64,000 nucleotides of DNA from Macrostomum hystrix. Its lineage: Eukaryota > Animalia > Platyhelminthes. Shown here piece by piece: positions 53,401 to 64,000 of this stretch. Where the stretch lies: contig CATNEN010000025.1 in assembly GCA_950097015.1 (NCBI GenBank), positions 3,844,001 to 3,908,000 on the forward strand. The letters are read 5' to 3'. The first letter of the stretch is position 1. The number at the start of each line of letters is the position of its first letter. The notes under the pieces were generated by a model. The model had not been told where the DNA came from. It saw only the letters and a program-made list of their open reading frames with translations, and made no database searches. The position numbers were made by a program, and so were the translations under genes.

Positions 53401-55604
53401 CGGTTTCAGCCGGGGCGGGGGCGGTCGTGGCGGCGGCTGCTGCGGCTTAAGCGGCCGACGTAGAACTGTTCCACCGTCGTCGCAGTCGGAGCTGACGACC
53501 ATCCGGAGGGTGCCTGGCCTGCCGCCACCTCCTGCAACGCCGGCTCGCTTGGGAACAGCCAAGAGGACCCGCTTTACCAGGACCGCTTCGTCCTCGTCAG
53601 GAACGGCTGAGTTGGACACACTGGCAAAGGGATCGTCTTCAGGTGCCGAAAACGGGCTTGGCGGTAGCTGCTGCTGCTGCGGCTGTTGCTGACGCTGCTG
53701 CCCGCAGTCCTGGTTTCGAGTTGCTGCCTGCTGGTCATTGCTGACAGTTCTTTGGGAGGAGGATGCGGCAACTTTTCTGCCTTGGTCCGTCTCCAGACTT
53801 TGGGAGGACGTGGCAGACAGCAGAAGGCTTGTCGGCTGGTGATTAAAAGAATTAGATCATTTTTTAAGGCTGCATCGGCATTGTACACGAGTTACTGTTA
53901 AACATCTGGCTCTAGGAGTTGCGTTATCTCCGGAGGCGGAGTTCCGCTAGCATTCGTAAAGCTTAGATTGAAACCAAACCTAAGAACAATTGGGCCAGTT
54001 GTGCAGCGAATTGCATAGCTATTATGGGAGCAGCTGAAGGCTGTGTAAACACCCAACTTTCTAACCCAGCAAAAACTGGAACCAACTTTGCAGCAGGGAG
54101 ATGGGGAATAATAAACCTTCCTCAAGGACCTTTCGGTCAGAGGTCCAAAGCTCTATCCACAGGACGAAAGCACTCTTCTAGTACAGGCTCTGCTTCCGCC
54201 GCCTCTCACCAGTTTCAACACATTGTCGAGCAGCGACTTCAGGCCGCCACCACCGCCTCCAGTCAGCAATGGCGGAGGCTGCAGATTTTGTGGAGCTGGA
54301 AAAGTGGCCAGCCGCACCAGTGCAGGCCTGGCGCCCTCACGCAGGACAAACACTTCCGCGTCGTCGGCGCCGTTGCTAGAGACATTTGGCCGAGAGATCG
54401 CCACGACTAAAATCCGACCGAGCAGGTCGGTGGCACCGGCAACCACACCGGTGGCCGCGTCCACGATACACAGGCCGGCGTCGGGCCCCCAGACGACAGC
54501 CAGTGATGCGACGCCGAGGTAGGCGACCCTCTCGAAAGCGGCCGCGGCAGACTCTGGCTTGCTTAGGCGCTGTCGAGCCGGGCTAATCAACGTGATTGGC
54601 CACAGTCTGAACGTGTCCCCGATGCTGCTGAGGTCGAGTGTGTGACGCACTCTGCCACATGTGTCGGAGAGCCAAAGGCGGCGTCGCGGCCGAGCGACCA
54701 GGAGGTTCGGATGCGCGTTAGACGCGCTATCGCCCTCGGCCGAGGCTAATTCGGCTGCAGGTGTAGTTGGCGAGCCTAGAAAGCAGGCACCGAAACCCGT
54801 CATTTGCTGAGTCTGCGGTGTGGCGAGAGTGTTCGAAATTAGCTATTGCAAGAATTTCATGAAAGCGCTTGGAAAAACTCTGGACACTGGATGCCATCTG
54901 AGCTACAGGCCACACGGAGTAGAAATTCTCACGGGCCGCTGCCGAGAGCCGACAAGCCAGACGCAGGCGGCATCCTCACTGTAGACAGCTGCGCCGAGAC
55001 GAGTTGCCACAAGCAGACGGCCTCGGCGGTGGTCGAGTTGAACTACCGGGCTGAGCTCCTCCAGAAACACAGCGGTGAGGCAGTCGCTAACTCCGCCGTC
55101 TGAGCGTTGCAGCACCGTCTGAGTGACCGTGCCGCCAGAGTCGCCAACATAGACGCTGCAACAGTCGTCGGCGACAACAGCGGCAGTGACTGCAGCCCGA
55201 TGGCCGGCGGCCTGCTGCGGCTCCAACCAGAAGGCCAGACGGCGACACGCGCCATCGCAGCCGTCGCCGCAGCTGTCGCAGCAGGCTTCGGTGGCAGGAG
55301 ATTCGGTCAGGACGACGGCGCTGGCATCGTCGAAGCCGAGAACCAGAACGTCCGATCGCATCGCGGCTACGCTGCAGCGGGCAGACGCGGACGCCACCGG
55401 TGTCGCTTTCGCGTCAACGTCGCGACGGTCGATCAGGAACGCGACGCCCGCCTCGGTGCCTAGGAGGACGCGAGACCCGCAGGCGGCCATCGCAGTCAAA
55501 CAGAAGTGGCTGGGCAGTCGGCGGAGCAGATGTTCCAGCGATTCGGTCTCGCGGTACGCCGAAGCCCTGGAAACTGGCGCCTTGGTCTCTGCATTGGCTG
55601 CCAT
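50449..55604 (-). CDS. TECPR2: Tectonin beta-propeller repeat-containing protein 2-like, 5 exons, 1469 aa
   Basis: Exons 55604-54933, 54812-54210, 53835-51528, 51440-50731, 50565-50449; canonical GT-AG junctions and consistent phases (4410 nt). N-terminal HPS5/TECPR2-type WD40 (VLLGTEAGVAFL, H.AAVTA...VYVGDSGGTV, LLVATR, GFGACF), low-complexity middle, TECPR-like repeats (RLWALGRG, VWVLRAGG, LWATDARG) and C-terminal acidic W-x-x-V (SDGDWQLV*). Confidence 0.85.
52945..53292 (-). repeat. Coding 15-bp minisatellite (PEASQ x ~23) inside TECPR2 exon 3
   Basis: Plus-strand unit TGTGATGCTTCAGGC, in frame within the reconstructed exon. Confidence 0.9.
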
Positions 55605-55704
55605 CCAAGGCTTCAAGGCTGCAAATTGTATACCATCTAAAGTACTTCTTTGAAATTCTAATACTTAATTGTCGCAAAAATCTATTTAAGAAATATAATT
55701 GATT

Positions 55705-55980
55705 AATATTGCCCATATCGGACTAGACGTGCAGCCGACAGCACAGCTACAGCTATTGCTGGGTGCATCTGGCTGCGTACGGCTGTACAGTCCATGGACG
55801 CCACACCCAGCCTTAATTACTCCAGCTAAATGCAGGTACCCATTTAACAGCTAGGTGAACTGAAGTAACGCAGAGCTAAGTGTCTTGCTAAAGGACGCAA
55901 GTTGTTCCTTTAGAGTAGGGAATCGAACCTTCGACCTTCATAATGTGATTCCGACGTTCTAGCCTCTCTAGGCTACAACC
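55705..55980 (-). mobile_element. tRNA-derived SINE, copy 4
   Basis: Homologous body and head (AAGTGTCTTGCTAAAGGAC, GGGAATCGAACCTTCGACCTTCA, AGGCTACAACC); about 100 bp upstream of the TECPR2 ATG. Confidence 0.9.
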
Positions 55981-56379
55981 CTCTAGAGATAGACAGCACT
56001 CAATCAACAGTGGCAGCGTCATTAATTCATTTTTGTTCATTGTATATTCACATGAATGTCAATTTTGAACCTTGAATTGCCTCGGAGACACAATCCACCC
56101 TGATTGCACACTGCTACGTATAAATATTGTTATCTGCGTACAATCCATTAGGACTCAAAGATAGAATCAACAAAGCGCATCGCAAATCTGTCTTTGAATC
56201 ACTTGAGGCCAGATAATCATTTCGTAACTGGCAATCAGCTGAGTTTATGACATCGATTTAAAAAACACAATGCGATTGTTCAGACCTCAGCGAATCATCT
56301 CAGCAGATGAAACTACAGGAGCCAAATAGATAATAGACTCTTCGTAAATGGATTCGAAACTCTCGAAATGTTAGGTGTG

Positions 56380-59300
56380 AGATTAGACTCAACTCATTGG
56401 GTGGGAGATTAGACTCAACTCATTGGGTGGGAGATTAGACTCGACTCATTGGGTGGGAGATTAGACTCGACTCATTGGGTGGGAGATTAGACTCGACTCA
56501 TTGGGTGGGAGATTAGACTCGACTCATTGGGTGGGAGATTAGACTCGACTCATTGGGTGGGAGATTAGACTCGACTCATTGGGTGGGAGATTAGACTCGA
56601 CTCATTGGGTGGGAGATTAGACTCGACTCATTGAGTGGGAGATTAGACTCGACTCATTGGTGGGAGATAAGATTCGACTCATTGGGTGGGAGATTAGATT
56701 CGACTCATTGGGTGGGAGATTAGACTCGACTCATTGGGTGGGAGATTAGACTCGACTCATTGGGTGGGAGATTAGACTCAACTCATTGGGTGGGAGATTA
56801 GACTCGATTCATTGGGTGGGAGATTAGACTCGACTCATTGGGTGGGAGATTAGACTCGACTCATTGGGTGGGAGATTAGACTCGACTCATTGGGTGGGAG
56901 ATTAGACTCGACTCATTGGGTGGGAGATTAGACTCGACTCATTGGGTGGGAGATTAGACTTGATTCATTGGGTGGGAGATTAGACTCAACTCATTGGGTG
57001 GGAGATTAGACTCGATTCATTGGGTGGGAGATTAGACTCGACTCATTGGGTGGGAGATTAGACTCAACTCATTGGGTGGGAGATTAGACTCGATTCATTG
57101 GGTGGGAGATTAGACTCGACTCATTGGGTGGGAGATTAGACTCGACTCATTGGGTGGGAGATTAGATTCGAATCATTGGGTGGGAGATTAGACTCGACTC
57201 ATTGGGTGGGAGATTAGACTCGACTCATTGGGTGGGAGATTAGACTCGACTCATTGGGTGGGAGATTAGACTCAACTCATTGGTGGGAGATTAGATTCAA
57301 ATCATTGGTGGGAGATTAGATTCGAATCATTGGTGGGAGATTAGACTTGACTCATTGGATGGGAGATTAGACTCGACTCATTGGATGGGAGATTAGACTC
57401 GACTCATTGGGTGGGAGATTAGACTCGACTCATTGGGTGGGAGATTAGACTCGACTCATTGGTGGGAGATTAGACTCGACTCATTGGTGGGAGATTAGAT
57501 TCGAATCATTGGTGGGAGATTAGACTCGACTCATTGGGTGGGAGATTAGACTCGACTCATTGGGTGGGAGATTAGACTCGACTCATTGGGTGGGAGATTA
57601 GACTCGACTCATTGGGTGGGAGATTAGATTCGACTCATTGGGTGGGAGATTAGACTCGACTCATTGGGTGGGAGATTAGACTCGACTCATTGGGTGGGAG
57701 ATTAGACTCGACTCATTGGGTGGGAGATTAGACTCGACTCATTGGGTGGAAGAGTAGATTCGACTCATTGGGTGGGAGATTAGACTCGACTCATTGGTGG
57801 GAGATTAGACTCGACTCATTGGGTGGGAGATTAGATTCGACTCATTGGGTGGGAGATTAGACTCGACTCATTGGTGGGAGATTAGACTCGACTCATTGGT
57901 GGGAGATTAGATTCGAATCATTGGTGGGAGATTAGACTCGACTCATTGGGTGGGAGATTAGACTCGACTCATTGGGTGGGAGATTAGACTCGACTCATTG
58001 GGTGGGAGATTAGACTCGACTCATTGGGTGGGAGATTAGATTCGACTCATTGGGTGGGAGATTAGACTCGACTCATTGGGTGGGAGATTAGACTCGACTC
58101 ATTGGGTGGGAGATTAGACTCGACTCATTGGGTGGGAGATTAGACTCGACTCATTGGGTGGGAGATTAGATTCGACTCATTGGATGGGAGATTAGACTCG
58201 ACTCATTGGGTGGGAGATAAGATTCGACTCATTGGGTGGGGGATTAGACTCGACTCATTGGGTGGGAGATTAGACTCGACTCATTGGGTGGGAGATTAGA
58301 CTCGACTGATTGGGTGAGAGATTAGACTCGACTCATTGGGTGGGAGATTAGACTCGACTCATTGGGTGGGAGATTAGACTCGACTCATTGGGTGGGAGAT
58401 TAGACTCGACTCATTGGGTGGGAGATTAGATTCGACTCATTGGGTGGGAGATTAGACTCGAATCATTGGGTGGGGGATTAGACTCGACTCATTGGGTGGG
58501 AGATTGGACTCGACTCATTGGGTGGGAGATTAGACTCGAATCAATGGTGGGAGATTGGACTCGACTCATTGGATGGGAGATTAGACTCGACTCATTGGGT
58601 GGGAGATTGGACTCGACTCATTGGATGGGAGATTAGACTCGACTCATTGGGTGGGAGATTAGACTCGACTCATTGGGTGGGAGATTAGACTCGACTCATT
58701 GGGTGCGAGATTAGATTCGAATCAATGGTGGGAGATTAGACTCGACTCATTGGGTGGGAGATTAGATTCGACTCATTGGGTGGGAGATAGACTCGACTCA
58801 TTGGGTGGGAGATTAGATTCGACTCATTGGGTGGGAGATTAGACTCGAATCAATGGTGGGAGATTGGACTCGACTCATTGGGTGGGAGATTAGACTCGAC
58901 TCATTGGGTGGGAGATTAGATTCGAATCAATGGTGGGAGATTAGACTCGACTCATTGGGTGGGAGATTAGACTCGACTCATTGGGTGGGAGATTAGACTC
59001 GACTCATTGGTAGGAGATAAGATTCAAATCATTGGGTGGGAGATTAGACTCGAATCAATGGTGGGAGATTGGACTCGACTCATTGGGTGGGAGATTAGAC
59101 TCGACTCATTGGGTGGGAGATTGGACTCGACTCATTGGGTGGGAGATTAGACTCGACTCATTGGTGGGAGATTAGACTCGACTCATTGGGTGGGAGATTA
59201 GATTCGACTCATTGGGTGGGAGATTAGACTCGACTCATTGGTGGGAGATAAGATTCGACTCATTGGATGGGAGATTAGACTCGGCTCATTGGTGGGAGAT

Positions 59301-62300
59301 AAGATTCGACTCATTGGATGGGAGATTAGACTCGACTCATTGGGTGGGAGATTAGACTCGGCTCATTGGTGGGAGATAAGATTCGACTCATTGGATGGGA
59401 GATTAGACTCGACTCATTGAGTGGGAGATTAGACTCGACTCATTGGGTGGGAGATTAGACTCGACTCATTGGGTGGGGGATTAGACTCGACTCATTGGTG
59501 GGAGATAAGATTCGACTCATTGGGTGGGAGATTAGACTCGACTCATTGGGTGGGAGATTAGATTCGACTCATTGGGTGGGAGATTAGACTCGACTCATTG
59601 GGTGGGAGATTAGATTCGACTCATTGGGTGGGAGATTAGACTCGACTCATTGGGTGGGAGATTAGACTCGACTCATTGGGTGAGAGATTAGACTCGACTC
59701 ATTGGTGGGAGATAAGATTCGACTCATTGGATGGGAGATTAGACTCGACTCATTGGGTGGGAGATTAGACTCGACTCATTGGGTGGGAGATTAGACTCGA
59801 ATCATTGGATGGGAGATTAGACTCGACTCATTGGGTGGGAGATTAGACTCGACTCATTGGGTGGGAGATTAGACTCGACTCATTGGGTGGGAGATTAGAC
59901 TCGAATCATTGGATGGGAGATTAGACTCGACTCATTGGGTGGGAGATTAGACTCGACTCATTGGATGGGAGATTAGACTCGACTCATGGGGTGGGAGATT
60001 AGACTCGACTCATTGGGTGGGAGATTAGACTCGACTCATTGGGTGGGAGATTAGACTCGACTCATTGGGTGGGAGATTAGACTCGACTCATTGGGTGGGA
60101 GATTAGACTCGACTCATTGGGTGGGAGATTAGATTCGACTCATTGGATGGGAGATTAGACTCGACTCATTGGGTGGGAGATAAGATTCGACTCATTGGGT
60201 GGGGGATTAGACTCGACTCATTGGGTGGGAGATTAGACTCGACTCATTGGGTGGGAGATTAGACTCGACTGATTGGGTGAGAGATTAGACTCGACTCATT
60301 GGGTGGGAGATTAGACTCGACTCATTGGGTGGGAGATTAGACTCGACTCATTGGGTGGGAGATTAGACTCGACTCATTGGGTGGGAGATTAGATTCGACT
60401 CATTGGGTGGGAGATTAGACTCGAATCATTGGGTGGGGGATTAGACTCGACTCATTGGGTGGGAGATTGGACTCGACTCATTGGGTGGGAGATTAGACTC
60501 GAATCAATGGTGGGAGATTGGACTCGACTCATTGGATGGGAGATTAGACTCGACTCATTGGGTGGGAGATTGGACTCGACTCATTGGATGGGAGATTAGA
60601 CTCGACTCATTGGGTGGGAGATTAGACTCGACTCATTGGGTGGGAGATTAGACTCGACTCATTGGGTGCGAGATTAGATTCGAATCAATGGTGGGAGATT
60701 AGACTCGACTCATTGGGTGGGAGATTAGATTCGACTCATTGGGTGGGAGATAGACTCGACTCATTGGGTGGGAGATTAGATTCGACTCATTGGGTGGGAG
60801 ATTAGACTCGAATCAATGGTGGGAGATTGGACTCGACTCATTGGGTGGGAGATTAGACTCGACTCATTGGGTGGGAGATTAGATTCGAATCAATGGTGGG
60901 AGATTAGACTCGACTCATTGGGTGGGAGATTAGACTCGACTCATTGGGTGGGAGATTAGACTCGACTCATTGGTAGGAGATAAGATTCGAATCATTGGGT
61001 GGGAGATTAGACTCGAATCAATGGTGGGAGATTGGACTCGACTCATTGGGTGGGAGATTAGACTCGACTCATTGGGTGGGAGATTGGACTCGACTCATTG
61101 GGTGGGAGATTAGACTCGACTCATTGGTGGGAGATTAGACTCGACTCATTGGGTGGGAGATTAGATTCGACTCATTGGGTGGGAGATTAGACTCGACTCA
61201 TTGGTGGGAGATAAGATTCGACTCATTGGATGGGAGATTAGACTCGGCTCATTGGTGGGAGATAAGATTCGACTCATTGGATGGGAGATTAGACTCGACT
61301 CATTGGGTGGGAGATTAGACTCGGCTCATTGGTGGGAGATAAGATTCGACTCATTGGATGGGAGATTAGACTCGACTCATTGAGTGGGAGATTAGACTCG
61401 ACTCATTGGGTGGGAGATTAGACTCGACTCATTGGGTGGGGGATTAGACTCGACTCATTGGTGGGAGATAAGATTCGACTCATTGGGTGGGAGATTAGAC
61501 TCGACTCATTGGGTGGGAGATTAGATTCGACTCATTGGGTGGGAGATTAGACTCGACTCATTGGGTGGGAGATTAGACTCGACTCATTGGGTGAGAGATT
61601 AGACTCGACTCATTGGTGGGAGATAAGATTCGACTCATTGGATGGGAGATTAGACTCGACTCATTGGGTGGGAGATTAGACTCGACTCATTGGGTGGGAG
61701 ATTAGACTCGAATCATTGGATGGGAGATTAGACTCGACTCATTGGGTGGGAGATTAGACTCGACTCATTGGGTGGGAGATTAGACTCGACTCATTGGGTG
61801 GGAGATTAGACTCGAATCATTGGATGGGAGATTAGACTCGACTCATTGGGTGGGAGATTAGACTCGACTCATTGGATGGGAGATTAGACTCGACTCATGG
61901 GGTGGGAGATTAGACTCGACTCATTGGGTGGGAGATTAGACTCGACTCATTGGGTGGGAGATTAGACTCGACTCATTGGGTGGGAGATAGACTCGACTCA
62001 TTGGGTGGGAGATTAGATTCGACTCATTGGGTGGGAGATTAGACTCGAATCAATGGTGGGAGATTGGACTCGACTCATTGGGTGGGAGATTAGACTCGAC
62101 TCATTGGGTGGGAGATTAGATTCGAATCAATGGTGGGAGATTAGACTCGACTCATTGGGTGGGAGATTAGACTCGACTCATTGGGTGGGAGATTAGACTC
62201 GACTCATTGGTAGGAGATAAGATTCGAATCATTGGGTGGGAGATTAGACTCGAATCAATGGTGGGAGATTGGACTCGACTCATTGGGTGGGAGATTAGAC

Positions 62301-64000
62301 TCGACTCATTGGGTGGGAGATTGGACTCGACTCATTGGGTGGGAGATTAGACTCGACTCATTGGTGGGAGATTAGACTCGACTCATTGGGTGGGAGATTA
62401 GATTCGACTCATTGGGTGGGAGATTAGACTCGACTCATTGGTGGGAGATAAGATTCGACTCATTGGATGGGAGATTAGACTCGGCTCATTGGTGGGAGAT
62501 AAGATTCGACTCATTGGATGGGAGATTAGACTCGACTCATTGGGTGGGAGATTAGACTCGGCTCATTGGTGGGAGATAAGATTCGACTCATTGGATGGGA
62601 GATTAGACTCGACTCATTGAGTGGGAGATTAGACTCGACTCATTGGGTGGGAGATTAGACTCGACTCATTGGGTGGGAGATTAGATTCGACTCATTGGGT
62701 GGGAGATTAGACTCGACTCATTGGGTGGGAGATTAGACTCGACTCATTGGGTGAGAGATTAGACTCGACTCATTGGTGGGAGATAAGATTCGACTCATTG
62801 GATGGGAGATTAGACTCGACTCATTGGGTGGGAGATTAGACTCGACTCATTGGGTGGGAGATTAGACTCGAATCATTGGATGGGAGATTAGACTCGACTC
62901 ATTGGGTGGGAGATTAGACTCGACTCATTGGGTGGGAGATTAGACTCGACTCATTGGGTGGGAGATTAGACTCGAATCATTGGATGGGAGATTACACTCG
63001 ACTCATTGGGTGGGAGATTAGACTCGACTCATTGGATGGGAGATTAGACTCGACTCATGGGGTGGGAGATTAGACTCGACTCATTGGGTGGGAGATTAGA
63101 CTCGACTCATTGGGTGGGAGATTAGACTCGACTCATTGGGTGGGAGATTAGACTCGACTCATTGGGTGGGAGATTAGACTCGACTCATTGGGTGGGAGAT
63201 TAGATTCGACTCATTGGATGGGAGATTAGACTCGACTCATTGGGTGGGAGATAAGATTCGACTCATTGGGTGGGGGATTAGACTCGACTCATTGGGTGGG
63301 AGATTAGACTCGACTCATTGGGTGGGAGATTAGACTCGACTGATTGGGTGAGAGATTAGACTCGACTCATTGGGTGGGAGATTAGACTCGACTCATTGGG
63401 TGGGAGATTAGACTCGACTCATTGGGTGGGAGATTAGACTCGACTCATTGGGTGGGAGATTAGATTCGACTCATTGGGTGGGAGATTAGACTCGAATCAT
63501 TGGGTGGGGGATTAGACTCGACTCATTGGGTGGGAGATTGGACTCGACTCATTGGGTGGGAGATTAGACTCGAATCAATGGTGGGAGATTGGACTCGACT
63601 CATTGGATGGGAGATTAGACTCGACTCATTGGGTGGGAGATTGGACTCGACTCATTGGATGGGAGATTAGACTCGACTCATTGGGTGGGAGATTAGACTC
63701 GACTCATTGGGTGGGAGATTAGACTCGACTCATTGGGTGCGAGATTAGATTCGAATCAATGGTGGGAGATTAGACTCGACTCATTGGGTGGGAGATTAGA
63801 TTCGACTCATTGGGTGGGAGATAGACTCGACTCATTGGGTGGGAGATTAGATTCGACTCATTGGGTGGGAGATTAGACTCGAATCAATGGTGGGAGATTG
63901 GACTCGACTCATTGGGTGGGAGATTAGACTCGACTCATTGGGTGGGAGATTAGATTCGAATCAATGGTGGGAGATTAGACTCGACTCATTGGGTGGGAGA
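56380..64000. repeat. 26-bp satellite array, at least 7.6 kb, runs off the window end
   Basis: Unit GGGTGGGAGATTAGACTCGACTCATT with 25-bp and substitution variants; higher-order duplications visible. Confidence 0.99.

Noticed and set aside
50618-55716. Numerous plus-strand ORFs antisense to TECPR2 (also antisense to RPL7A and the GCNT genes)
   Set aside because: Expected shadow ORFs of GC-rich coding sequence; no independent motifs.
56380-64000. CRISPR-like or telomeric array
   Set aside because: No unique spacers between repeats and no TTAGGG-type unit; eukaryotic satellite. The same applies to the other arrays.

Overview
Eukaryotic (animal) genomic DNA with spliceosomal introns; the style (very dense minisatellites, GC-rich Ala/Ser-rich exons, splice-acceptor-like sites just upstream of ATGs) suggests a flatworm such as Macrostomum, which is inference only. 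About one third of the window is tandem repeat, and most long ORFs in the supplied track are artefacts of those repeats. Genes reconstructed by hand: a degraded TPR-like + J-domain-like (HPD) gene (-), an intronless HP1/chromobox gene (-), two head-to-head core-2/I-branching GlcNAc-transferase (GT14/GCNT) paralogues, a 10-exon SOL-1-like multi-CUB protein with signal peptide and GPI-like tail (+), RPL7A (-), a secreted PAN-like + ALK/LTK glycine-rich-domain protein (+), and TECPR2 with a C-terminal LIR motif (-). Mobile DNA: four copies of a tRNA-derived SINE, a 603-bp Merlin deletion derivative (48-bp TIRs, 8-bp TSD) and two copies of a (GATA)n-tailed repeat. The most interesting observations are (1) the GCNT inverted pair, homogenised over about 1 kb except for one 33-bp island of 10 substitutions beside the conserved GS motif; (2) a symmetric stem joining the two ends of the RPL7A intron over its likely branch point; (3) a Merlin element keeping an in-frame N+C-terminal mini-transposase; and (4) a 4.2-kb satellite intron behind a GC donor that is open in frame with the preceding exon. 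No CRISPR arrays or rRNA were seen.
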